DNA of 32,000 nt from Candidatus Jordarchaeales archaeon (GTDB lineage: Archaea; Asgardarchaeota; Jordiarchaeia; Jordiarchaeales; Freyrarchaeaceae). Location of the stretch: assembly GCA_038889235.1 (NCBI GenBank), contig JAWAHN010000002.1, positions 344,356-376,355 on the forward strand, read 5' to 3'. Of this stretch, positions 8,571 through 17,378 are shown one piece after another; position 1 is the first letter of the stretch, and the number at the start of each line of letters is the position of its first letter. The translations under genes and the position numbers were made by a program. The notes below the pieces were generated by a model that saw only the letters and a list, made by a program, of their open reading frames with translations, was not told where the DNA came from and ran no database searches.

Positions 8571-9509
8571 TTGTTCTCTGGAGGTCCAAAGTTGAAAAGT
8601 ATAGTGATAGATACGGATGTGGGCTTCGACGTGGACGACGCCTATGCTTTAGCTTTCGCCGCTAGGTCGCCCGAGCTCACCTTAGAGGGTGTCACGACAG
8701 TTTACGGAGACACGCTTTTGAGAGCTAGGGTCGCGTGCAAGGTCCTAAGGTTGGCTGGAAGGAGCGATATACCCGTCGTGGCGGGCCTAGGAGAGCCGCT
8801 CTCGCGCTGGAAGAAGGCACACATGTTCGGGTTTGAGGGGGAAGGCATACTGGAGGAGGGGGACGAGTTACCTCAAGTGCCAACTAACGCGGTCGAGTTT
8901 ATACTTTCGAAGTGCACCTCGAGGATCACGTTGGTCACCATCGGTCCTTTGACGAACGTCGCAGCGGCAATATGTCGTGATCCGGGAATAGTCGACGAGG
9001 TTGAAGAGATCATAGTAATGGGTGGACTCCTGGAGCCCGTCGTCATCGAAGGAAAGGTAATCCCCACTAGGACGGAGTACAATGTTAACTGTGACCCGGA
9101 GGCGACCATCACCGTGCTCGAATCAGGGGCAAAAATTACCCTTGTACCTTTAAACACCACAATGAGGGTTGAAAATGCTCTTAGCGAGGAAGACCTGTCA
9201 GCTCTCAGAAGAGCGGGCACACCTCTCACGCAAACGCTGCTCAAGGCGAGCGAAATGTGGCTTAAGCGCCTTGACGAGCTGATGCGCGCGCTAGGAATGC
9301 CACCGGAGAGAGTGAAACTCTGGATGCATGACCCGTTAACTGTTGCCGCGGCCATCGACAAACACATCTTCACGGTAGAAACGCTTAGAGTCAAAGCTCA
9401 GGTGGCTGAAGGCGAGCTAAGATTGTCTATTAAGGAGGACGGGTATGAGGTCAACGTCTGCCGAGGAGCGGACTACAGGAAGTTTAAAAAATGCTGGTTG
9501 AAAGACTGA
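8571..9509 (+). CDS. Inosine/uridine-preferring (Rih-type) nucleoside hydrolase
   Basis: DTDVGFDVDD Ca-binding motif, TIGPLTNVA, MGG, EYNVNCDPEA and MHDP. True start is probably a few codons downstream (TTG AAA AGT). Confidence 0.92.
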   Translation: MFSGGPKLKSIVIDTDVGFDVDDAYALAFAARSPELTLEGVTTVYGDTLLRARVACKVLRLAGRSDIPVVAGLGEPLSRWKKAHMFGFEGEGILEEGDELPQVPTNAVEFILSKCTSRITLVTIGPLTNVAAAICRDPGIVDEVEEIIVMGGLLEPVVIEGKVIPTRTEYNVNCDPEATITVLESGAKITLVPLNTTMRVENALSEEDLSALRRAGTPLTQTLLKASEMWLKRLDELMRALGMPPERVKLWMHDPLTVAAAIDKHIFTVETLRVKAQVAEGELRLSIKEDGYEVNVCRGADYRKFKKCWLKD

Positions 9510-9535
9510 CAAGGCCATAGTTCTCAACAGTAAGC

Positions 9536-9988
9536 CTAACACCGGCTGCTTGTTCCGGCAGCACACCTTTCTTCAGCTTTCAACCTTTCAATCAAGTCGA
9601 TGACCTTCTCCCTTATAGCGTCCCTCACCTTTCGAGCTTCGTCAAGTGGCATGTTAGCTGGATCGGGCATGTTCCACTCTTCTACATGGCTTGCAAACAC
9701 GAGTGGGCACTCGCTCCCGCCGCAGACTATCACTGCAACGTCCGCATTTTCCTGCATTTCTCTGGTAAGCAACTTAGGCTTATTTCCACTAATGTCTATG
9801 CCCTCCTCGAGCATCAACCTTACAGCGTTCGGGTGAACCCTCTCCGCTGGACGTGTTCCAGCGCTGAAGGCAACCATGTTTTCTGGTGCGAGCTTGTTGA
9901 AATATGCTTCAGCTATCTGGCTCCTAAAGCTGTTCTCAACACAGACGAATAAAATCCGCTTCTTCACGGAAACAGCACCCCCCCTCAA
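9536..9988 (-). CDS. arsC: Arsenate reductase ArsC / LMW protein-tyrosine-phosphatase family
   Basis: CVENSFRSQIAEA (CX5R P-loop), SAGT, downstream Cys pair VCGGSECP, and W-x-x-x-DP...RDAI. Confidence 0.85.
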   Translation of the reverse strand: MRGGAVSVKKRILFVCVENSFRSQIAEAYFNKLAPENMVAFSAGTRPAERVHPNAVRLMLEEGIDISGNKPKLLTREMQENADVAVIVCGGSECPLVFASHVEEWNMPDPANMPLDEARKVRDAIREKVIDLIERLKAEERCAAGTSSRC

Positions 9989-9994
9989 GGAGCT

Positions 9995-10831
9995 TTAAAT
10001 GTCCTTCGTTTTAACCACCTTTATCCCCTGTGACTCGGCAAATCTCACTATTTTCGCCCTCTCCTCCCCTCTCATTCCTTTCCAGTCAAGCACGAAGAGG
10101 TCTACGCCACCGAGTGTTTTCTCGACAGCCTGCTGTAAGAGGCTTTCGTCCAGAACTCCGGTATAGTACTTTGACGCTATATGACCTACTCCTATGTCTG
10201 ACGAGATGTTTAGCTCGGTGAACTTTGGAGCGTAGTGTCCTCCCCCGAACCCCACAGCGTTGACACACTTTTCAGGTGGGCGAAACAGCAACTCTAAAAT
10301 CGACTCGGCAACTACTTCTCCAGCCACCCTATCCCTCCACTCCTTTTCGCTGCTCCCGATCTCTATAAACATGGAGGGAACGTCGACCGTCGGACCGTGA
10401 TGTGTTTGCTCCTGTGACACAGTGAATCCTTCCAACGAGTACTCTTCTCTTAATCTGGCAAGCACCTTCAACGCCGCCTTGACGTGCATGGGTGATGCCA
10501 TGCTAAGTTTCCTGGGCTCGCCTCCATACTCCGCCTTATCCCAGTTCCCTGAAACGTGGACGGACAGAGTTGCCATGTTAGCTAAGCTACTATGCCTGCT
10601 GGCGTAGATAACCAGACCTACGTCGAAGAACTTCTCTACGCCGCCACAATAGAGTATGTCTTCTTTGACGTGGACTAATGTAAGCTCGCATTTCCCAACG
10701 ACTCCACTCCAGCACGCTGCGCACCTCTCTGGCGGTCGCCGGCTTGCCAACCCGGCGCGCTCCACAAGGTGGTTGGAAATGTTCATTCCCGCAGGGTCAA
10801 GTATTGAAGCCACAACAAGCACACTTTCCAT
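9995..10831 (-). CDS. dtdA: Archaeal D-aminoacyl-tRNA deacylase (DTD2/GEK1 family)
   Basis: ASRHSS, LSVHVSGN, EQTHHGPT, FIEIGSSE and GFGGGHYAP motifs. Confidence 0.93.
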   Translation of the reverse strand: MESVLVVASILDPAGMNISNHLVERAGLASRRPPERCAACWSGVVGKCELTLVHVKEDILYCGGVEKFFDVGLVIYASRHSSLANMATLSVHVSGNWDKAEYGGEPRKLSMASPMHVKAALKVLARLREEYSLEGFTVSQEQTHHGPTVDVPSMFIEIGSSEKEWRDRVAGEVVAESILELLFRPPEKCVNAVGFGGGHYAPKFTELNISSDIGVGHIASKYYTGVLDESLLQQAVEKTLGGVDLFVLDWKGMRGEERAKIVRFAESQGIKVVKTKDI

Positions 10832-10925
10832 TCAAACCACGCATCCTAATCTCGGACTTACGCTTATATGACCTAGGTATTATGAAGAGTTTTACATGCG
10901 CCCCCTGTATGGTTAAAGGGAGAAG

Positions 10926-11981
10926 GTGTCCAACATGGAGAGCCTCATTAATGAGATTCTTCAAGAGAAAGATGATGTTAGTGAGATTTTAAACTACGTT
11001 CCTAAAATTCAAGTTTTCGGTGTTGGCGGTGCTGGGAATAACGCTATAAACAGGCTTGCCAGCGTAGGCGTTGAAGGCGTCGAGCTTATTGCAGTTAACA
11101 CAGACGCTCAAATACTGCTCGGCGTGAACGCAGACAAGAAGCTGCTAATAGGGAAGGAGACTACTAAGGGGCTTGGCGCCGGAAACGACCCAGACATCGG
11201 AGAAGCTGCAGCAAAGGAGAGCATCGAAGAGATAAGGGAGCTGATTTCAGGCGACCTGGTCTTTGTGACCTGCGGTCTAGGCGGAGGAACGGGAACTGGA
11301 GCATCCCCAATAATAGCTGAAGCTGCCAAGAAAACCGGAGCTCTGACGATTTCCGTGTGCACGCTCCCATTCATAGCTGAGGGTGCGAGGAGGTGGAGGA
11401 GCGCCTCGTCTGGTCTCAAGAAACTTGCGAGGGTTTCAGACACAATCATAGTTATACCGAACGAGAAACTCCTCGAGGTTGCCCCAAACCTTTCGCTGCT
11501 CCAAGCCTTCAAGCTGGCGGATGAAATACTTGTTAGGTGCGTGAAGGCTATATCTGAAATGATAACGAAGCCAGGCCTGGTCAACGTTGACCTTGCAAAC
11601 GTGAGGACAATAATCAAGAAGGGAGGTGCGTCACTCATAACTCTTGGCGAAGCCAGCGGGGAGAGGCGTGAAGAAAAAGCTGTAGATGACGCGCTCAACA
11701 ACCCGCTTGTCGACGTAGACATTTCGTCCGCAACTGGGCTGCTGGTCAACATAAGCGGGGACCAAGACCTCAAACTATACGAGGCGGAGGCCATAATAAG
11801 GTACGTGTCGGAGCGCATATCCCCCGATGGGGAGATAATATGGGGGGCAATAATAGACCCGACGCTGAAAGACAAGGTACGAGTGTCCCTCATAATAAGT
11901 GGCGTCACATACAGGCAGGTAGAACAAATACTTTCAGGTGAATACGTTACGCCGCTAGGATTACAGCTGGCTAAAATCTAG
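10926..11981 (+). CDS. ftsZ: Cell division protein FtsZ (FtsZ1-like gene context)
   Basis: GVGGAGNNAINR, AVNTDAQ, GLGAGNDP, GLGGGTGTG signature and PFIAEG; lies upstream of secE-nusG. The T7 loop reads NVDLAN. Confidence 0.97.
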   Translation: MSNMESLINEILQEKDDVSEILNYVPKIQVFGVGGAGNNAINRLASVGVEGVELIAVNTDAQILLGVNADKKLLIGKETTKGLGAGNDPDIGEAAAKESIEEIRELISGDLVFVTCGLGGGTGTGASPIIAEAAKKTGALTISVCTLPFIAEGARRWRSASSGLKKLARVSDTIIVIPNEKLLEVAPNLSLLQAFKLADEILVRCVKAISEMITKPGLVNVDLANVRTIIKKGGASLITLGEASGERREEKAVDDALNNPLVDVDISSATGLLVNISGDQDLKLYEAEAIIRYVSERISPDGEIIWGAIIDPTLKDKVRVSLIISGVTYRQVEQILSGEYVTPLGLQLAKI

Positions 11982-12167
11982 CGATTTTTAACCAGAAATT
12001 TTTCCAAACAGTTTACTCTGCTTTTTATTCAAAACGCCCCCTGTCCCCTCCTACTGGCACCTGGGATTTTTGCTGCAAGTGCTAACCCATTTCACGCCTT
12101 TGGGAAAAATATTTCAATGAGGGATTTGATGTTTTTTTAAGGTATTTGGTTTTGTGAGGATGATTTT

Positions 12168-12449
12168 ATGCTTAAATCGCAGTCCGGCAAGCTAGCCGTG
12201 GTTTACGAGAAGATTAAAAGCGGGCGCTTAGTGCGAAAGGTAGCCGAGTCTAGGGTAGTTAAGGCCATTTCGCAGTCCAGAGTGGTTAGAAGAATTTGGA
12301 GAGTGTTTAAAGCGTCGAGGTATCCGACTAGGGAAGAAATATGGTTGCTTGTGAGGATATGCGTGGTAGGTATACTTTTGATAGGCGGCATAGCATTCGT
12401 CACAAAACTTCTATTATCTGTCTTGTTCTATCCTCAGCCCGTCACTTGA
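12168..12449 (+). CDS. secE: Preprotein translocase subunit SecE/Sec61-gamma with N-terminal extension
   Basis: RVFKASRYPTREEIW followed by a single TM helix with GILLIGGIAF; position between ftsZ and spt5. Confidence 0.9.
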   Translation: MLKSQSGKLAVVYEKIKSGRLVRKVAESRVVKAISQSRVVRRIWRVFKASRYPTREEIWLLVRICVVGILLIGGIAFVTKLLLSVLFYPQPVT

Positions 12450-12465
12450 AGCCGTAAAGGGGGAA

Positions 12466-12945
12466 GTGGTCTTATTGTCGAGTAGCGGAAACATTTTCGC
12501 CGTGAGAACAACAATTGGGCAAGAGAAAGCTGTAGCTGAGATCATAGAGAAGAGAGTTAAGGGGTCAAAGGACGTCGATGTAAAGGCCATCCTAGTCCCG
12601 GAGTCACTTAACGGTTACATCTTCATAGAGGCCGCAAGCCTAAAAGACGTGCTCACGGTCACCGCTGGAATACCGCACGTCAGAGGACAGGTTAGCGGGC
12701 GGGTGAAACTAGAAGACATAGAACAGTTCATAACAGTTAAGAGCCAAGCAAGCATGTTAAGCACCGGCGACATAGTCGAAGTGATTAGAGGACCATTCAA
12801 AGGAGAGAAGGCAACTATAGTTCGAGTGGACACCAGCAAGGATGAAGTAGTCCTGGAACTTTTAGAATCACCCAACCCGATCCCGATAAAGGTTCACGCA
12901 GACTACGTTAAACTCGTGGAGAGACGAGAGAAGGAAGAAGAGTAG
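12466..12945 (+). CDS. spt5: Transcription elongation factor Spt5/NusG
   Basis: IFAVRTTIGQEKAVA, GYIFIEA, IPHVRG (NGN domain) and KOW motif GDIVEVIRGPFKGEKA. Confidence 0.96.
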   Translation: MVLLSSSGNIFAVRTTIGQEKAVAEIIEKRVKGSKDVDVKAILVPESLNGYIFIEAASLKDVLTVTAGIPHVRGQVSGRVKLEDIEQFITVKSQASMLSTGDIVEVIRGPFKGEKATIVRVDTSKDEVVLELLESPNPIPIKVHADYVKLVERREKEEE

Positions 12946-12973
12946 GAAAGGAGCCTTACGGAGGTTCAAGGGC

Positions 12974-13834
12974 TTGATCGGAGGACGCACCAGGGTGGTC
13001 GGCATAATAGGAGACCCGGTGGAGCACAGTCTTTCCCCGAGAATGCACAACGCCGCTTTTGAGCACTTGAAACTAGACTACGTTTATGTTCCATTCAGAG
13101 TCAGTAGCAACGCGCTCAAAGAGGCTATCGAAGGAGTGAGGGCGCTAAACATCAAGGGGGTCAACGTAACAATCCCTCACAAGGTTTCGGTGATCCCCCT
13201 CCTAGACTGGGTTGATGAGGAAGCCCTAAACATAGGGGCCGTCAACACCATCGTTTCAGAAAAAGGAGAACTGAAGGGGTACAACACTGACGGGTTGGGT
13301 TTCCTCGAGGCGCTGAAAGAGGAGGGGGTTAAAGTCAGCGGCATTAAAGCTGTTCTGCTAGGAGCCGGCGGCGCCGCTAGAGCAATAGCTTACTCCCTTG
13401 CCCCCATCGTCTCTGAGCTTGTAATTCTCAACAGAACAGCCGACAAAGCCATCTCCCTAAGTGAGGAACTTAGGAGGAAGGGGTGGAGCGTACGAGGTGG
13501 AAGGCTGGATGAGGAGACGTTGGAGAAGGAGCTAAAGGACACTGAATTGCTTGTCAACGCAACATCAGTCGGAATGTATCCCAACGTTGACGAAACCCCT
13601 GTTCCCCGCGAAGTCCTAAACAGCAGGCTAACGGTTTTTGACGCAGTCTACAATCCCATAGAGACTAGGCTTCTCAAGGATGCCAAAAGTGTTGGAGCTA
13701 AAGTGGTTAACGGCGTAGGCATGTTGGTAAACCAGGGTGCGGTGGCTTTCAAGCTCTGGACCGGGGTAAATCCTCCAAAGGAAGTCATGAGGAGAGCTGT
13801 GATTGAGGGCTTGCAGAGCTCTGGAGGGGTATGA
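12974..13834 (+). CDS. aroE: Shikimate dehydrogenase
   Basis: HSLSPRMHN, GVNVTIPHK, GAVNT, GYNTD, GAGGAA, NATSVGM and GVGMLVNQG. Confidence 0.96.
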   Translation: MIGGRTRVVGIIGDPVEHSLSPRMHNAAFEHLKLDYVYVPFRVSSNALKEAIEGVRALNIKGVNVTIPHKVSVIPLLDWVDEEALNIGAVNTIVSEKGELKGYNTDGLGFLEALKEEGVKVSGIKAVLLGAGGAARAIAYSLAPIVSELVILNRTADKAISLSEELRRKGWSVRGGRLDEETLEKELKDTELLVNATSVGMYPNVDETPVPREVLNSRLTVFDAVYNPIETRLLKDAKSVGAKVVNGVGMLVNQGAVAFKLWTGVNPPKEVMRRAVIEGLQSSGGV

Positions 13835-13835
13835 T

Positions 13836-14717
13836 GTGATAGGGGAGGCGGTCGTTCACGGTGCTGGGACCATTGTAAACGCTATAGCGTGCGGAAAGGG
13901 CTCGGCTTTTGGGATCAACTTATGGACGAAGGCAAGGGTGGAATTGACGGATGAAGCGGGGGTTATTGAGGGCAAAATACTCAGCGATCCGGGAGAAGAC
14001 ACTGGGCTAATCAAGGCTGCTGTGAGAAAAGTTCTAGAGAGGTTTAACGCGCTCGACTACGGTGCCAGGGTCGTTACGGAGTCAAATATACCGATTTCGA
14101 GGGGGCTTAAGAGCAGCAGCGCTGCGGCCAACGCCGTGGTACTGGCAACGTTAGCGGCACTAGGCAAAAAACTGGGCGACGTCGAAGCAGTCCTTTTAGG
14201 AGTGGAAGCCGCCATAGCTGCGGGTGTAACTGTCACCGGTGCGTTCGATGACGCATGCGCGTCGTACTTTGGTGGCGTCGTCGTAACAGACAATGTGAAG
14301 AGGAGCATCCTGCGTATGGAGCCGTTCACCGAGGAGTTCAAAGTGGTGATACTAGTACCCCCCACGAAGATACGCAAGAGAGAAATTAACCTTAGAAGAG
14401 TAAAGTCCCTGAGCGGGATAGTCGAGGTAGCCTTAGAGCTTGCAATGCGGGGAGATTACCTGAAAGCCATGACACTTAACGGGCTAGCTTACTCGGCTTC
14501 ACTTGGACTAAGCTCCGATGCCGCGGTAAGGGCCCTAGAGGCAGGGGCTGCGGCCGCGGGTCTCTCGGGGACTGGGCCAGCCGTAATAGCCCTCACTCCT
14601 CCAGAGAAGGTGGACGACGTTGTAGATGCCTGGAACCAGTTCGAGGGGGAGGTCGTCCTTGCTGGTGTTAGTAACGAGAAAGCGAAAATCACTGTTTGGG
14701 GTGGAGTGTCTTGCTGA
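13836..14717 (+). CDS. aroK: Archaeal shikimate kinase (GHMP family)
   Basis: HGAGTIVNAIACGKGSAFG, IPISRGLKSSSA, GAFDDACAS and GLSGTGP. ORF track starts at 13803; GTG 13836 just after the aroE stop is more likely. Confidence 0.94.
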   Translation: MIGEAVVHGAGTIVNAIACGKGSAFGINLWTKARVELTDEAGVIEGKILSDPGEDTGLIKAAVRKVLERFNALDYGARVVTESNIPISRGLKSSSAAANAVVLATLAALGKKLGDVEAVLLGVEAAIAAGVTVTGAFDDACASYFGGVVVTDNVKRSILRMEPFTEEFKVVILVPPTKIRKREINLRRVKSLSGIVEVALELAMRGDYLKAMTLNGLAYSASLGLSSDAAVRALEAGAAAAGLSGTGPAVIALTPPEKVDDVVDAWNQFEGEVVLAGVSNEKAKITVWGGVSC

Positions 14718-15985
14718 AAGTAGTTGGAGGGTGCAGCTTAAACGGGAAAGTTGAAGCCCCGCCCTCGAAAAGCTACACGCATAGAGCTGTTGTCTTAGCG
14801 TCCCTAGCTGATGGCCGGTCCGAGATCCTGAAGCCGCTCGAAAGTAGAGATACCATGGCAACTTTCAGAGGTTGCGTGGCTCTTGGGGCCAGCATAGCCA
14901 GAGAAGGGGACAAGTGGATCGTTGAGGGGAAGGGAGAGTTGAAGACGCCTGACGACGTCATAAACGTGGAGAACTCCGGAACAACGATGAGAATCCTCAC
15001 GGCGGTCTCAGCACTGGCACCAGGTTTCACAGTGCTGACTGGAGACGACTCGATAAGGAAGAGGCCGATGGGCCCCTTGCTTGACGCGCTTCACCAGCTC
15101 GGCGTGGAATGTTGGTCCACTAAGGGAAACGGAACTCCGCCGATAGTTGTTAAGGGTGGGGGGATACGAGGTGGCGTCGCTTCCATCAGGGGGGATATTA
15201 GCTCCCAGTTTATCTCCGCGCTCCTAATAGTCTCCCCCCTCACAAGCGTTGAGACCAGTATAACTCTTACGTCGGAGCTCAAGTCCAAACCATACGTTTA
15301 CATAACCATGGAGACCATGGAGGCTTTCGGAGTAAAGGTTAAGGTAGAGGGTAGGAGTTTTCGGGCTGAGAGGTGTAGGTATAAACCTTCAAGCTTCCTC
15401 ATCCCAGGAGATTTCTCCTCTGCATCCTTCCTCCTGACTGCTGCTGCCATCACAGACTCGGACGTGACGGTCACAAACCTCGACATTAACTCCCCCCAAG
15501 GGGACAAGAAGATCGTAAACGTGTTGAGAGAAATGGGCTGCAAGGTTGACGTTGGAGATAACTGGGTCAGAGTTAGGGGAGGAGGGGAACTAACGGGAGT
15601 AGATGTTGACTGCGGAGACACACCCGACCTACTCCCAGTAATTTCAATCCTAGGCGCCTACGCTAACGGGCCCACGAGGATATTCAACGCGGAGCACGTG
15701 AGGTTCAAGGAAAGTGACAGGATATCGGTGATGGCAAGCGAGCTGTCGAAGATGGGAGTGGAAGTTGAGGAGATGAAAGATGGTCTAGTGATTAAAGGAG
15801 GAAGAAGAGTTAAAGGAAGCATTGTGGACGCCCACGGAGACCACCGCATACTAATGGCGCTCGTAGTTGCAGGGTTAGCTGCGGAGGGAGAAACCGTGAT
15901 ACTGGGCGAAGACTGCGTGGACGTTTCATACCCAAGGTTCCTCGACGACCTGGAGAGACTTGGGGCGAACTTTAGGAGGATGTAA
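14711..15985 (+). CDS. aroA: 3-phosphoshikimate 1-carboxyvinyltransferase (EPSP synthase)
   Basis: PPSKSYTHRA, ENSGTTMR, RPMGPL, SSQFISALL, RFKESDR and DHRILMA. TTG 14711 overlaps the aroK stop (ORF track 14696). Confidence 0.96.
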   Translation: MLKVVGGCSLNGKVEAPPSKSYTHRAVVLASLADGRSEILKPLESRDTMATFRGCVALGASIAREGDKWIVEGKGELKTPDDVINVENSGTTMRILTAVSALAPGFTVLTGDDSIRKRPMGPLLDALHQLGVECWSTKGNGTPPIVVKGGGIRGGVASIRGDISSQFISALLIVSPLTSVETSITLTSELKSKPYVYITMETMEAFGVKVKVEGRSFRAERCRYKPSSFLIPGDFSSASFLLTAAAITDSDVTVTNLDINSPQGDKKIVNVLREMGCKVDVGDNWVRVRGGGELTGVDVDCGDTPDLLPVISILGAYANGPTRIFNAEHVRFKESDRISVMASELSKMGVEVEEMKDGLVIKGGRRVKGSIVDAHGDHRILMALVVAGLAAEGETVILGEDCVDVSYPRFLDDLERLGANFRRM

Positions 15986-15988
15986 GTA

Positions 15989-17116
15989 TTGGGGGGAAAT
16001 GTGTTCGGGCGAAACTTCGTCCTGGTCTCTTTTGGAGAAAGCCACGGAAAATGTGTAGGCGCCGTGGTCGATGGATGCCCTGCAGGGCTACCTCTTAGCG
16101 AAAAAGACGTTCAAGAAGAGCTGGACAAGAGGAGGCCTGGTCAGAGCGTAGTTGCGACAAGTAGAAGGGAAGAAGACAAAGTGGAGATTCTGTCCGGCGT
16201 CTTCGAAGGATACACCACAGGTGCTCCGATATGCATGGTTGTATGGAACGCTGACGTCGACTCAAGTGTGTACTACGAGCTAAGGTATAAACCACGCCCC
16301 GGACATGCGGACTACACGGCAATGGTTAGGTATGGCGGGTTTAACGACTTCCGGGGCGGGGGGCGATTATCCGGCAGAGTTACAGCGTCGTTCGTGATGG
16401 GCGGAGCTGTTGCTAAGAAGCTTCTAAGAGAGGTTTTGAACGTCAACGTTGAAGCATACACAGTCAAGATAGGGCGCGTCGAAGCCAGAAAGATTAGCGA
16501 GGAAGGGGTGAAAAGGAGGTACGAGAACCCGGTCAGGTGCCCTGACCCCGAAGCCGCCGCTAGAATGGTAGAGGTTATAGAGGAGGCTAGAAGTAAAGGC
16601 GACAGTGTCGGAGGCGTTGTAGAATGCAGGGTGACAGGTCTCCCCCCAGGCGTGGGGAACCCGGTCTTCGACACGCTTGAAGGAGACATAAGTAAAGCGC
16701 TCTTCGCCATACCCGCGGTCAAAGCGGTGGAGTTCGGCTCGGGGGTTAAAGCATCAGATATGACGGGGTCTACCCACAACGACCCGTTCACATTTAGAGA
16801 CGGACGGGTGGTCACGGAAACGAACAACGCAGGCGGCATCCTTGGAGGGATAAGCAGCGGCATGCCGATCGTCTGCAGGGTAACATTCAAACCTACTCCA
16901 TCCATATCCAAGCCCCAAAAGACGGTTGACCTCTTGAAAGGAGAGGAAACAGTAATAGAGGTTAAGGGAAGACATGACCCGTGCGTGGTTCCCAGAGCTG
17001 TTCCCGTCGTTGAAGCAATGGTCGCACTTGTCCTTGCAGATCACGCCGTTACTCTGGGGCTAATACCCCCCGTAATCGGAGGGAAGCACGGTGGGAAGCC
17101 AGGTGGGCGAGATTGA
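15989..17116 (+). CDS. aroC: Chorismate synthase
   Basis: FGESHG, RRPGQS, RPGHAD, GGGRLSGR, NNAGGILGGIS and GRHDPC. Confidence 0.97.
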   Translation: MGGNVFGRNFVLVSFGESHGKCVGAVVDGCPAGLPLSEKDVQEELDKRRPGQSVVATSRREEDKVEILSGVFEGYTTGAPICMVVWNADVDSSVYYELRYKPRPGHADYTAMVRYGGFNDFRGGGRLSGRVTASFVMGGAVAKKLLREVLNVNVEAYTVKIGRVEARKISEEGVKRRYENPVRCPDPEAAARMVEVIEEARSKGDSVGGVVECRVTGLPPGVGNPVFDTLEGDISKALFAIPAVKAVEFGSGVKASDMTGSTHNDPFTFRDGRVVTETNNAGGILGGISSGMPIVCRVTFKPTPSISKPQKTVDLLKGEETVIEVKGRHDPCVVPRAVPVVEAMVALVLADHAVTLGLIPPVIGGKHGGKPGGRD

Positions 17117-17378
17117 AGAGTTGAGAGAAAAGATAATGGAGGCCACGGTGGACGTCCTGAAAGCAGTTAAGAGAAGGATAGAATACGTAGAAGCTCTCGG
17201 GAAAGTTAAGAGGGAGAGGGGGTTGCCGATCAGGGATCCAGAAGCCGAGAAAAGACTCATCGTGAGAGTTAGGGAGGAGGGGGTTAAGATGGGGCTTGAC
17301 CCTGACTTTTGCGAGAAACTCGTAAGGATGCTCATCGAGTACTCGGTTGTCGTCCAGATGAGGGAGGCGCAGCGTTGA
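17091..17378 (+). CDS. Chorismate mutase (AroQ/CM_2, standalone)
   Basis: ELREKI...RRIEYVEALGKVK...PIRDPEAE helical pattern; overlaps aroC and tyrA. Confidence 0.85.
   Translation: MGSQVGEIEELREKIMEATVDVLKAVKRRIEYVEALGKVKRERGLPIRDPEAEKRLIVRVREEGVKMGLDPDFCEKLVRMLIEYSVVVQMREAQR

Noticed and set aside
11108-11908. 266-aa antisense ORF over ftsZ, and similar shadow ORFs over the ligase, aroC, nucleoside hydrolase, MFS and coiled-coil genes
   Set aside because: They are Ser/Pro/Thr-rich mirror translations of well-supported opposite-strand genes, with no motifs.
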